DNA from: a virus
Direction: 5' to 3' (one strand)
IMG/VR virus record: IMGVR_UViG_3300045995_000065
Location: 1-64,000 of that record
DNA length: 64,000 bases
Shown: piece after piece, positions 1 to 8,673 of the stretch
Numbering within the stretch: position 1 is the first letter of the stretch
Layout: each line of letters opens with the position of its first letter
The notes under the pieces: generated by a model
The model's input: the letters and a program-made list of their open reading frames with translations, nothing else
Database searches by the model: none
What the model was told of the DNA's origin: nothing
Translations under genes and position numbers: made by a program

Positions 1-909
1 AAGCTTTCCTATTGACAATACAGTAGGTGTGATACGAAGTTGAGATAGCCACCCGTGCTTGTTTGCAATTTGCAACCACCTATCCATCAACATAGTTACA
101 GTACCAATATTAGACGGATATCTAATGTAGTCATTGAGCGCAGATAAACATTCAACGCTTAATCCCATGTTTACTTCTTTGAATTGTGCTAATGCATCTA
201 CTAACTCGTCATCCCAATCTGTCAGCCCAGTAGTAAATCCAATGGAAATTTGATCATTTAATCCAGCATCTATTAGCGATTGCAGAATACGCTTAAATGC
301 GGGGTTAATGACTAGCTCGCCACCAATGAAATGGATGTACGCAATACTCTTGCTTGCAGACAATGCATCCAACATGCTTTTGACTGCGGCTTCATCATTG
401 ACCCACTGTTTGTTATTGATTGTGGTGACGATGTTTAACTTTTTCCACTCCACCCCTACACGCGAACTTGCGTAAGGATGGCAAAAGATGCAGGCACTAT
501 TACATAAATTGCCTAAGTCAATTTGCCAATCTTGGGGGCTTAGGTTTGACACACCACGATTAGCTTCTGTACTAATTATTTCGTCACGCCATGGACTACT
601 AGCAAACGATTTGTCATAGTAATCGTCACGCACACCAATTTTAAGTAGTTGCCGCTGCCTTCCACCAACTTTTTCGTGTTGCTGCATTGTATCGCACATA
701 GAGCACCCAGCCGGAGATTCACCATTTACCATTGCCAACCGAACTTCAGCCATGTTCTGCTTAAAGAACGTAATGGGTGATGTTGTTTGTATAGAGGGGT
801 GTTCTGCGTCTGGGTCTCTAACTGCCCATCTGCAATACTCATACTGCCCTAGCCCGTTGATACGCATATGGTACCATGGACTAGGGCAAAAGTTATCCTT
901 GAATGCCAT
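1..909 (-). CDS. Radical SAM protein with N-terminal twitch/SPASM-like Cys cluster (runs off window start)
   Basis: Not in ORF track. Manual translation from ATG 909: [51 protein letters not shown] (CxxxCxxC), later FIGGE. ATG overlaps clpP stop (TAATG). Confidence 0.85.
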   Translation of the reverse strand, partial: MAFKDNFCPSPWYHMRINGLGQYEYCRWAVRDPDAEHPSIQTTSPITFFKQNMAEVRLAMVNGESPAGCSMCDTMQQHEKVGGRQRQLLKIGVRDDYYDKSFASSPWRDEIISTEANRGVSNLSPQDWQIDLGNLCNSACIFCHPYASSRVGVEWKKLNIVTTINNKQWVNDEAAVKSMLDALSASKSIAYIHFIGGELVINPAFKRILQSLIDAGLNDQISIGFTTGLTDWDDELVDALAQFKEVNMGLSVECLSALNDYIRYPSNIGTVTMLMDRWLQIANKHGWLSQLRITPTVLSIGKL

Positions 910-1523
910 TATCGCTTTGAAACAACCATGTCAGCGAAGCCGTTGTCCACTGCTTCTTGTGCAGAGAGGAACGTGTCAAACTTCATTGTAGCAAATAGCT
1001 CTTCATAAGTCTTACCTGCGGTGTTATGTTTAACGTACAGTTGAGTTAGGCGCTCATTTACACGTTTGGATTCGTTAAACGAACGAATGGCGTCTTCCAT
1101 TTGCAACTCTTGAACGTGTACAGAGCCGTCAGTGCCATGTGTGCCAGAGGAAACACGGTGAATCATAGTGCGGGATTCTGGAAGCACAATGCGTTTTCCC
1201 GGTGCGCCCGCTTGTGCGAGGAACGATCCCATAGAGCAAGCCTGCCCCATAACGATAGTAGACACATCACATTTGATGAAGTTCATCGTATCGTAGATTG
1301 CAAGTCCTGCACTTACGGAGCCACCTGGGGAATTGATGTAAAACAAAATGTCTGCATCTGGATTTTCGCTCTCCAAGAAGAGCATCTGTGCAACAACAAG
1401 ATTGGCAGAGTTCTCATTGACGTTAGTAGTAAGCATAACGATTCGATCTTTGAGCAAACGAGAGTAAATGTCATAAGAGCGTTCGCCATTTGGAGTTTTT
1501 TCGATTACGATTGGTACTAGCAT
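909..1523 (-). CDS. clpP: ATP-dependent Clp protease proteolytic subunit
   Basis: [34 protein letters not shown] (catalytic Ser), MIH, FLSAQEA. Confidence 0.97.
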   Translation of the reverse strand: MLVPIVIEKTPNGERSYDIYSRLLKDRIVMLTTNVNENSANLVVAQMLFLESENPDADILFYINSPGGSVSAGLAIYDTMNFIKCDVSTIVMGQACSMGSFLAQAGAPGKRIVLPESRTMIHRVSSGTHGTDGSVHVQELQMEDAIRSFNESKRVNERLTQLYVKHNTAGKTYEELFATMKFDTFLSAQEAVDNGFADMVVSKR

Positions 1524-1550
1524 GGTATCCTTAAAAAGTTGTATAAGGAC

Positions 1551-1579
1551 AGTATAGCAGATTTGTTTTTAAATGTCTA
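1551..1579 (-). promoter_or_regulatory. sigma70-type promoter for clpP
   Basis: Minus strand TAGACA-17 bp-TATACT with TG extended -10, followed by AAGGA RBS. Confidence 0.65.
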
Positions 1580-2062
1580 GCATTTATCAAAAGTTTGGTA
1601 TTTAAACCATCTGCGAATACGTGGTGCAGTTTTTAAGTGCAGTCCATAATGGTCAAATCGGTCTTTCCAGATAAAGAAACTTGGGCCATGAGACATAATA
1701 GCTTCTTGTCCTGCTTCTTCACGTTCAGGCCCTATAACGTCCCATTGATACTGGTGGGCCATTTCATGCGCAAGGATATTCATAAACCAACTTGGCGTGT
1801 ACCACTTGTCGTACAGTCGTATTACGCACATTGAACCAGATGGTTCATATTCAGTACCACCTAAGCACCACCCCCAGGTTTTGCGAAGTGTGGAAAGTTT
1901 GATTTCTGGACGTACTAGCTCGTTTTCAAATACATATTTGTTTAGTGTATTATATGCATACTTTACGAACTCTTCGTCAGGGCGGAATGGCTTGCGCTTT
2001 TGAATCCAGACAGATGGAAGTGGCGTAGCCATAATTGAACGGATAGGATTCGGACGTGCCAT
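1577..2062 (-). CDS. SprT-like zinc metalloprotease
   Basis: YNTLNKYVFENEL, LAHEMAHQYQW (HExxH), SHGPSF. Confidence 0.85.
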   Translation of the reverse strand: MARPNPIRSIMATPLPSVWIQKRKPFRPDEEFVKYAYNTLNKYVFENELVRPEIKLSTLRKTWGWCLGGTEYEPSGSMCVIRLYDKWYTPSWFMNILAHEMAHQYQWDVIGPEREEAGQEAIMSHGPSFFIWKDRFDHYGLHLKTAPRIRRWFKYQTFDKC

Positions 2063-2065
2063 AGA

Positions 2066-2106
2066 AAACCCCCTGGATAACGTATTTAACGATACCCAAG
2101 GGGTTT
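2066..2106 (-). promoter_or_regulatory. RBS-sequestering hairpin with late promoter (TAAATA) in its loop; may also terminate
   Basis: Minus strand AAACCCCTTGGGTATCG-TTAAATA-CGTTATCCAGGGGGTTT then TCT ATG. Confidence 0.75.
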
Positions 2107-2121
2107 AAAGTAGTAGCTTAA

Positions 2122-2646
2122 TTACCGCTTTTGGGCTTGGTGATCAGCGTTCAGTTGGTCTAATTCCTTGAACTCTTGTGCGGCTGTAGTCTTTACAGCT
2201 TTATCGCTTGCGGCACCCTTGTCAAGGGATACAAGTACAAAAGCACGGAACCGCTCACCGTCTCGGACAATGAGTTGCTTTTCGACACTAGCACCGCTTA
2301 CGTCAACGTCTGGGCAGAAGTTGCGAATGGCTGTAGTCGAAACGCTAGAGCTCTTCGATTCAGTATCTTGGCGGAAGACCTTGGTCTGCGAGCGCACAAC
2401 GCCACCAGCAGCTTGGCAAATGCCTTCAAATGCGTTAGCACGGGCATTACCAAGGGCGCCAGAAATGCTGCCGCTTACGCCGTCACCTGCAGATTTATAT
2501 GCAGTGGGCGTGGACGATGCAGCCAAGAACCAATCAGGGACAGTTTTTTCCACGAGCTTTGCGCTTTGCTCTTGCTGTGAAACTGGGGCGGACGAACATG
2601 CAGCAAGGGTGGCGACCATTGCGGCGACGAGGATTAAGCGAGACAT
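2122..2646 (-). CDS. Lipoprotein (LPP20-like)
   Basis: MSRLILVAAMVATLAAC lipobox; VPDWF; AGGA RBS; sigma70 promoter TTGACA-17-TAATAT at 2683-2711. Confidence 0.75.
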   Translation of the reverse strand: MSRLILVAAMVATLAACSSAPVSQQEQSAKLVEKTVPDWFLAASSTPTAYKSAGDGVSGSISGALGNARANAFEGICQAAGGVVRSQTKVFRQDTESKSSSVSTTAIRNFCPDVDVSGASVEKQLIVRDGERFRAFVLVSLDKGAASDKAVKTTAAQEFKELDQLNADHQAQKR

Positions 2647-2700
2647 TTTGTGTTCCTTTCGAACATGGTTTATCATAGTGTTATATTACATTAATGGGAT

Positions 2701-3210
2701 TTAATTGTCAACTATGGCTTCCCAGCGGGAAGTCTTTTGTTGAGTCCCTTTTCCTGTATTCTGGATGCATTGTGAGCCAGTAGAGGCACCAGCAGTCATG
2801 GACTCGTCCAAATGCAAGCAACCTTGCGGCTGCACTTTCACAGCGTCAGGCATTCCTGGCTGGCAACGTTCCTTGAGCTGCGCAATTAAAATGCGGGCAG
2901 TGTTTTCGTAATTGCCATTTTTGATTGCCCACTGATCCGTCCACGTTCCGTCATTGGCGGTCTTGTACCAGCCAAAAAGCGATGTCATCATAAAGCCATT
3001 GGCAATGCGTTCTTTCTTTGTGGGAATGTGCCAGTTCAAAAACTCGAACTGCTCTTCGGCGCGATTGCAATCCAGCTTGTACATCCCCAAATCTTCCATG
3101 CTCATTCGCGCACGAGGGGTAGTCATCAAAAAGCCTTCCTCACTTGGAGTAGCTGCACATCCAGCGAGTGTTGTCATCATTGCAGCGACAAGAAGCAGTT
3201 TAGTTTTCAC
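2701..3210 (-). CDS. Lipoprotein
   Basis: Probable GTG start; KTKLLLVAAMMTTLAGC lipobox. Confidence 0.65.
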   Translation of the reverse strand: MKTKLLLVAAMMTTLAGCAATPSEEGFLMTTPRARMSMEDLGMYKLDCNRAEEQFEFLNWHIPTKKERIANGFMMTSLFGWYKTANDGTWTDQWAIKNGNYENTARILIAQLKERCQPGMPDAVKVQPQGCLHLDESMTAGASTGSQCIQNTGKGTQQKTSRWEAIVDN

Positions 3211-3439
3211 GGCAGTAAATTTGTAGTCGCTCAATTTGAATATCAATAGTCGTGTTGAACTTCTTATCTGATATATCGCCTTCACTGTCAAACCTCTTCA
3301 TTTTGGTGAGGTAACGAATTTGAGCGGCTTCGTTGCGGCAGTCAGGGGTAAAATTGGTGACCATCTCGTACACTGGTTTCTGTTGGGTAGCGCAACCTGC
3401 GAGTACCAAACATGCAGCAAGTACGAGATGGATTTTCAT
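3200..3439 (-). CDS. Small lipoprotein
   Basis: MKIHLVLAACLVLAGC lipobox; DCRN..QIRYL resembles DCNR..QFEFL of the neighbouring gene. Confidence 0.7.
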   Translation of the reverse strand: MKIHLVLAACLVLAGCATQQKPVYEMVTNFTPDCRNEAAQIRYLTKMKRFDSEGDISDKKFNTTIDIQIERLQIYCREN

Positions 3440-3441
3440 TT

Positions 3442-3603
3442 TCAGTGCTTGTGGAAGGTCACTGCGGCCTTGAACGCAGCAACCGCCGTGCGCTCATCAA
3501 CGTTTGCATTGCGGCGAATGTACCGCACTGCATCTCCAGAACTGAACTGGAGCACGAACACTGCCTCATTGGCGAAGCGTTCAACTGAGGAACTAACTTG
3601 CAT
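3442..3603 (-). CDS. Small hypothetical protein
   Basis: AGGAG RBS before MQVSSS; tightly packed. Confidence 0.6.
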   Translation of the reverse strand: MQVSSSVERFANEAVFVLQFSSGDAVRYIRRNANVDERTAVAAFKAAVTFHKH

Positions 3604-3760
3604 CAAAATCTCCTTTACGATGCTTTGGTTTACGAACATATGCCTTGCGGCTCTTTTCTACCTTATGTCCATAAGGTAAATCTTTGTCAAACAAGGCAAT
3701 GCGATGCGGCTTGCGCTTGTCAAGACCCTCCATTCGCAATATAAATCCTTGTCTGTGCAT
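3593..3760 (-). CDS. Small basic ArfA-like protein
   Basis: ALFDKDLPYGHKVEKSRKAYVRKPKHRKGDFDAS resembles the ArfA core; first gene after an early cassette promoter. Confidence 0.5.
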   Translation of the reverse strand: MHRQGFILRMEGLDKRKPHRIALFDKDLPYGHKVEKSRKAYVRKPKHRKGDFDAS

Positions 3761-3770
3761 TTTAATCTTC

Positions 3771-3820
3771 CGTTGTTTCACTAAGTAACCATTGTACAAT
3801 AAGTGGATTAAACAATCAAA
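3771..3820 (-). promoter_or_regulatory. Early promoter/leader cassette, copy 1 (degenerate)
   Basis: TTGATT-17-TACAAT-GGTTACTTAGTG..CGGAAG. Confidence 0.75.
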
Positions 3821-3821
3821 C

Positions 3822-4055
3822 CTACATCTTGTAGATAACTGCAATGCCTACGCAGGCGCTGGCAAACAGATTCAAATAAGAAGGCCACGCCTGAGCACGC
3901 CAGCCAAAAAACCGTTCAACAATTTGGACATGTACTGTCAAAAAGACTGCGAAGAAAACCACAATGCCAACCATGATGGGGAACATTGCACCACCGGACA
4001 TGCTTTCCCAGAAAGCAGCTTCCATTGGGTTACGGTAAACGATAATAGATTGCAT
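3822..4055 (-). CDS. Small membrane protein (2 TM)
   Basis: Two hydrophobic segments; GAGG RBS. Confidence 0.65.
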   Translation of the reverse strand: MQSIIVYRNPMEAAFWESMSGGAMFPIMVGIVVFFAVFLTVHVQIVERFFGWRAQAWPSYLNLFASACVGIAVIYKM

Positions 4056-4248
4056 TACTTCCTCTTTTCTGGGTTGGTCATCTTGTCAATTACTTCGTGC
4101 AGGCTGTGCTTGGCTTCGTCAAGCAGTGCATACACTTTGTTCAAATCATCTTCAAATCCTGGGGTGTTACCGTGCATAAACTCGTGGGCAATAACTGCCA
4201 TCGCGTCCTTCATGCCGTCCACTGCGGACTTTAGTGCAGTGGCAGACA

Positions 4249-4650
4249 TTATTTCACCAGGGCGTAAGGAGCGTTCCAAGAACCAATGTTGATGTCAACG
4301 TACCAGCCCACGTCAAAGTAGTCAGTTTGGATGTCACTGCGGTCATGGTTGCCGTCGTTCAGTGCGTTGAACAGTTCACTCAGCGCAGCCTTGGCCTTGC
4401 CAGTAAAGTGGTCTTGGTAGTGGTACGGGTTAACGTCAATGTCGTTAGCGGCGACGCGGCCACCGTAACCAGGCATTTGGGAGACAGTGTCGTTGAAGTT
4501 CTTGATGAAGTCGATCGGGCCTTGCTTGATCTTCAGGCACAGCACCATATGGTTGCGCACGGACAAGGAGCCTTTGAGTTTGTACTTTGCCAAGATCTTC
4601 TTGACAACGGGTGCAATCTTTGCTTTCTTCTCTTGACTCATGTATGCCAT
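4249..4650 (-). CDS. Early hypothetical protein
   Basis: MAYMSQEKK..SDIQTDYFDVGWY; directly behind cassette RBS GGAG. Confidence 0.8.
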   Translation of the reverse strand: MAYMSQEKKAKIAPVVKKILAKYKLKGSLSVRNHMVLCLKIKQGPIDFIKNFNDTVSQMPGYGGRVAANDIDVNPYHYQDHFTGKAKAALSELFNALNDGNHDRSDIQTDYFDVGWYVDINIGSWNAPYALVK

Positions 4651-4712
4651 CTTCAACTCCGTTAATTACTTACTAAGCCACTATTGTACAATAAGTGGAT
4701 TTAATCGTCAAA
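4651..4712 (-). promoter_or_regulatory. Early promoter/leader cassette, copy 2
   Basis: TTGACG-17-TACAAT-AGTGGCTTAGTAAGTAATTAACGGAGTTGAAG-ATG. Confidence 0.92.
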
Positions 4713-4717
4713 TCTGG

Positions 4718-5080
4718 TTAAACTGCCGTTTTGGCAACGTAGCCGTAGGGGATGCCCTGCAGGTACTCAAAAAAGTCAATGTCGTCGTTGCCGCCCTCAG
4801 CGTCCTGCAACCACTTGATAGCAGTAGCGCGGTCACCAGCGCCAGCAGCAATAGTCTTAGCCACGGCAGCCTCAAAACGCACAATGCCAACCTGCTCGTC
4901 TGCCTTGCGCTCGTCTTCGCGACGGCCCATAGCAGCGACAAGGCTGTCCCACTCTGCTTGCTTCTCGTCGTCTGTCATCGTCTTCCAAGCAGCATACCAG
5001 TAAGAGGCAGGGCGGAAGCCGTAAGCATCCTTGTGCAAATCACCAATGCAATGCTCATCAAACGTGTAAACTGCGGTCAT
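4718..5080 (-). CDS. Early hypothetical protein
   Basis: DLHKDAYGFRP motif; start behind cassette RBS. Confidence 0.8.
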   Translation of the reverse strand: MTAVYTFDEHCIGDLHKDAYGFRPASYWYAAWKTMTDDEKQAEWDSLVAAMGRREDERKADEQVGIVRFEAAVAKTIAAGAGDRATAIKWLQDAEGGNDDIDFFEYLQGIPYGYVAKTAV

Positions 5081-5142
5081 CTTCAACTCCGTTAACTACT
5101 TACTAAGCCACTATTGTACAATAAAACCATTAAATGGTCAAA
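5081..5142 (-). promoter_or_regulatory. Early promoter/leader cassette, copy 3
   Basis: TTGACC-17-TACAAT-AGTGGCTTAGTAAGTAGTTAACGGAGTTGAAG-ATG. Confidence 0.92.
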
Positions 5143-5412
5143 TCAGTCCAAGTACTCAATTTGAGAAGGCTTAACCATTGCGAACTTGCCATCGCGTTGG
5201 ATGACAACGTTGCCAAACTCAACAATGTTGCGCATTGCCCACAACGGAACATCATCGCGCTCGTTGTGCACTGCGACAGCATCCCAAACTTCGTGCGTGT
5301 CGTAGAGCTTGTCTTCTTTGGTGGTGTAAGGAACCCAGCCCATCGTGTTCCAGTGTGTAGTGCTCTTGGCAGCTTGGACTTGGATAACTGTACCAGCTTT
5401 AACTAAAAACAT
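5143..5412 (-). CDS. Early hypothetical protein
   Basis: ORF fills the interval between two cassettes exactly. Confidence 0.75.
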   Translation of the reverse strand: MFLVKAGTVIQVQAAKSTTHWNTMGWVPYTTKEDKLYDTHEVWDAVAVHNERDDVPLWAMRNIVEFGNVVIQRDGKFAMVKPSQIEYLD

Positions 5413-5470
5413 CGCTCACTCCAATAACTTACTAAGTCATCATTGTACATTAAAGCCATTTATGGGTCAA
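5413..5470 (-). promoter_or_regulatory. Early promoter/leader cassette, copy 4
   Basis: TTGACC-17-TACAAT-GATGACTTAGTAAGTTATTGGAG. Confidence 0.88.
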
Positions 5471-5721
5471 TTCGGCTGCGAGAGCAGTTTCAGCACGTAT
5501 TCTTGGGCAGTAATGCAAACTGGAGGAGGCGCAGGATGAATGGGCTTCCCACCGTATTTCATTCGCATCTGCATTGCTGCACGGTTAGCCTCTTGGGCGC
5601 ACGTAAAACAAACCCAACTGCCATTGGTAGTGTTATACCAAGTTGCCTTGGGTTTTATGCGACCGTAACTGCACCTAATAGTGGCGCAGTGTCCGTCCAT
5701 TTCAGATTTGGAATTGAACAT
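5467..5721 (-). CDS. Small Cys-rich putative zinc-binding protein
   Basis: CATIRC..CFTC; TGA stop lies inside the -35 of the next cassette. Confidence 0.65.
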   Translation of the reverse strand: MFNSKSEMDGHCATIRCSYGRIKPKATWYNTTNGSWVCFTCAQEANRAAMQMRMKYGGKPIHPAPPPVCITAQEYVLKLLSQPN

Positions 5722-5723
5722 AC

Positions 5724-6401
5724 TTACAGTTTCTTTACAAAGTTAAGGCTCGTAACGCGAGCACCATTGTGATACTTGCTTTCCTGGACGGACTTGATTT
5801 TGCCGCTGTAATTGCCGGAGACAGTGCAATCTTCTCTTGCAGTGAGGAAGCTGACGAGGTTATTGCTTGCGTCAGTGCCTGTCACGGAGAAGCAATTGAT
5901 TTGCTGAAGGAAACGCTTGTCCATTACAGTTAGCACAAACGTAACCTTATCGCCCGGTTTGCCCAAGTATTCGCTAGTTACGGACAGTTCTGCAATGGTT
6001 TCTTGCTTGGTTTCGCGCTCTTTTAGTTGGTCATACGTATTGGGTACATATGCGACAAGGCCAGCGTCAGACATTGTGCCCATGTCCTTTTCCAGCAGTG
6101 CAAACATGGACGATTGGAAGCCCGTAGCAGGGGCGCCACCTTTAAGCAGGCGCAGTGTATTGGAAAGGAGGATAGCGTCCCTGGCAGTTTCTGCGAGGTC
6201 GTAGTCAGCTTGCGTAGGAAGTATGTCGCCCAAGAGGACATGCTGGATGAGCTCTTTGTTAGTGGTCACTTTAGTGAGTGTTTGGGCAGTCTCGTCCCAA
6301 ACTTCGGAGTTCTTGACCATGTCGCCGTTTATGCGTTGCGCAACGAAAGCAGCAACGACGAGTTCCTTAACTGCAACGGGCTTGGGTACATAACGAGCCA
6401 T
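5724..6401 (-). CDS. Early protein with probable C-terminal OB-fold
   Basis: SEYLGKPGDKVTFVLTV..GKIK..VTSLNFVK beta-rich C-terminus; behind cassette RBS. Confidence 0.7.
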   Translation of the reverse strand: MARYVPKPVAVKELVVAAFVAQRINGDMVKNSEVWDETAQTLTKVTTNKELIQHVLLGDILPTQADYDLAETARDAILLSNTLRLLKGGAPATGFQSSMFALLEKDMGTMSDAGLVAYVPNTYDQLKERETKQETIAELSVTSEYLGKPGDKVTFVLTVMDKRFLQQINCFSVTGTDASNNLVSFLTAREDCTVSGNYSGKIKSVQESKYHNGARVTSLNFVKKL

Positions 6402-6460
6402 CTTCAACTCCAATTAACTACTAAGCCATTATTGTACAATAAAGCCATTTTAGGGTCAAA
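6402..6460 (-). promoter_or_regulatory. Early promoter/leader cassette, copy 5
   Basis: TTGACC-17-TACAAT-AATGGCTTAGTAGTTAATTGGAGTTGAAG-ATG. Confidence 0.9.
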
Positions 6461-6537
6461 CTTAACGTAGGACAATTTAACTGCATATATTGGGAAACCG
6501 CTGGACTTAATAAATACTGCTATATAAGAGCAACAAT

Positions 6538-6888
6538 ATGGCAACTCTAGAAACACGAACCGCAGTACTCGAAAAAATCGCAGAGTCACACGACAAACGC
6601 ATTGGCGATATGGAAGATTTCCAGCGTAATGTTGTGGATCGTCTTGACCAAAAGATCCAAATGGACTTGGCATCACAAATCAGCTTAGAGCGAACTCTAA
6701 CTCGTGCTGTTACGAGTTTAGACACATTATCTGTTGCTGTTAAAGACGCAGGGATTAAAGCTGACGAAGCATCAACGATGGTTAAGAAACACGAGACAAT
6801 TGGGTTAACCATAATGAAGGTTGGCACTATTCTTGCGGTAGTGATCTCGGCTGGATGGGCGGTTTTAAAATACGTTCTTCCACAGTAA
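6538..6888 (+). CDS. Coiled-coil protein with C-terminal TM helix (XhlA/holin-like architecture)
   Basis: LETRTAVLE heptads; VGTILAVVISAGWAVL TM; late promoter TAAATA at 6511. Confidence 0.7.
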   Translation: MATLETRTAVLEKIAESHDKRIGDMEDFQRNVVDRLDQKIQMDLASQISLERTLTRAVTSLDTLSVAVKDAGIKADEASTMVKKHETIGLTIMKVGTILAVVISAGWAVLKYVLPQ

Positions 6889-6896
6889 GGAGTCTT

Positions 6897-7370
6897 ATGC
6901 TAGTCCAATTAATTTACGTCTCGACACCAGTTGCGGAAAAGATAGGGGAGGTTAATGCTTCCTTGCCTGGTAACCAACTACGTAACAAAGAACGTGGCAT
7001 CAGCGGTTTAGTGCTGTCTCACCCTAAGTTTTACTTGCAAATTTTAGAAGGTGAACGCATTGCGGTAAGCAAGTTATTTCACAAGATTATGTGCGACAAG
7101 CGCCACCAAGACGTTACTATCATACGCTTCCAAGAAGCCATGCGCTCTGACTTTTCTCGTTGGGACTATGCTATCATTGACGAAAATCTTGACACGGACT
7201 TTTACGAGAACATACGTGATTTACTTGATTTTGAAATCGACTTTAAGCGAGATATGTCAAGCTCGTGTGCAATGGCTGTATTGCGCAGAGCATTTGCAAT
7301 TATAACAATGAAGCAAATTCCCAACCGCCGCTCAACTGATATTAAAGACTTACCTCAGGTCCGTGCTTAA
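6897..7370 (+). CDS. BLUF-domain (blue-light FAD sensor) protein
   Basis: LIYVS, RN..GISGLVL..FYLQILEGE..V..LF.KI..DKRHQDV..FSRW; AAGGAG RBS before ATG 6897. Confidence 0.88.
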   Translation: MLVQLIYVSTPVAEKIGEVNASLPGNQLRNKERGISGLVLSHPKFYLQILEGERIAVSKLFHKIMCDKRHQDVTIIRFQEAMRSDFSRWDYAIIDENLDTDFYENIRDLLDFEIDFKRDMSSSCAMAVLRRAFAIITMKQIPNRRSTDIKDLPQVRA

Positions 7371-8643
7371 GGAAAACTTCTGACTGCGGCGGTAGCGTTG
7401 GGACAAAGTAACTCAATTGGTCAACTCCAATTTCGTCTAGTACCATTATAGGTAAATTACTCCAGTGGGCATACTCAGGCCAATCACTGCCTTTAACAGT
7501 GTCGTAAAACATCTTCCATTCAGCATCTTTTAATTCTGTTTCTTTTATTAATGCTCTAGCAACTAAGCCCTCACGCATCTTGCACACATCCGCAGTGCCA
7601 CGATTCAGCAATGAGTTCATGAGTGTTGGCACATTAAATTTAGTCGCAGTATCGTTTACGATTTTTATTGCGCCTGCTGCAAGCAATTCAAATTGTTTTT
7701 TGTTTTGCTCAATGACTTCTGATATCTCGTCATCATTTTCTTGATGATGCAAAATCCAATCTATGTTGCTCAGTGCATTGTCAACTTGTGCCTTGGTAAG
7801 TTCATTACCTATTTCCACTGTGGAAGGGAAAAACTTAGTGAATGCTGAGACTCCGATGGACTCTAAATATTCATGCGTACCAGGGATCGCAAGCAGTACA
7901 AATGGGTGACTGAATGCGATTGCCTTCCATACCTTTTCTGTTATGGTGGGCATAGTTCGAGTGGCAGATTCAGACACTAAACTGACGCGGGTATCAGTGT
8001 ACATTGATGGGTCGACAATATCACAAAAAAATTCAAAATCTTTAAACCCAACACGAGTGGTTGGTATGTTAGTGGGTTCCAAATCAGTTATGCCACGATG
8101 CTGCAAAAGATATTGCATTAGCTCGCCGTCGTCTAAATCCCATTGGGTGATAATGTTTTTACTCTCGTCGTCGAATTTTTCATTCGCATACATGAACGAG
8201 TATTTCAACTTAGATATAATACCAGACTTAACCGCAGATGCCAGCGCACCAATTCGGTTTAAGTAATGCATTTTTCCAGTTAAGAACAATGCTTTGTCAG
8301 CATTGCGATTCCACTCAGTGTCTGGTGGGTTAGACAACACCTTGACAAACATTGCCCAGTAACTAATATAAACGATGTCTATACCTTCCCACAGGTGCGA
8401 AAATTGCTTGTACTGATCGTCAGCGATGACTGTTAGTTTCTTGTTTTTATTTTTGGCCAATTCACGTATGCATGTGAGTGTTTCTATTACCTCTGGGGTA
8501 CCAGGAAAGAACTCGTAAATTAAAAAAGCTATAACATGGTCTGCCTCACTGTTGGAGTCAAACCATGCTTCTAGCTCAATGCTTAATAGTTTTGGGTGGG
8601 CGAAACACATAAAAGAATGTAATTCCAGCAATGACGTTATCAT
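7342..8643 (-). CDS. Glycosyltransferase-like protein
   Basis: SLVSES..ITEKVWKAIAFSHPFVLLA..EYLESIG (GT-B-like C-terminal motif); paralog of 13945..15093. Confidence 0.55.
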   Translation of the reverse strand: MITSLLELHSFMCFAHPKLLSIELEAWFDSNSEADHVIAFLIYEFFPGTPEVIETLTCIRELAKNKNKKLTVIADDQYKQFSHLWEGIDIVYISYWAMFVKVLSNPPDTEWNRNADKALFLTGKMHYLNRIGALASAVKSGIISKLKYSFMYANEKFDDESKNIITQWDLDDGELMQYLLQHRGITDLEPTNIPTTRVGFKDFEFFCDIVDPSMYTDTRVSLVSESATRTMPTITEKVWKAIAFSHPFVLLAIPGTHEYLESIGVSAFTKFFPSTVEIGNELTKAQVDNALSNIDWILHHQENDDEISEVIEQNKKQFELLAAGAIKIVNDTATKFNVPTLMNSLLNRGTADVCKMREGLVARALIKETELKDAEWKMFYDTVKGSDWPEYAHWSNLPIMVLDEIGVDQLSYFVPTLPPQSEVFLKHGPEVSL

Positions 8644-8673
8644 GCTGTATTTATTTTCGCCACTATACCCGTA

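Noticed and set aside
4651-6460. Recurrent ~60 bp repeats read as a CRISPR array or integron attC sites
   Set aside because: Spacers are 240-900 bp intact genes and the repeat parses fully as -35/17 bp/-10/leader/RBS. No cas operon or integrase is present and there is no attC-type palindrome.
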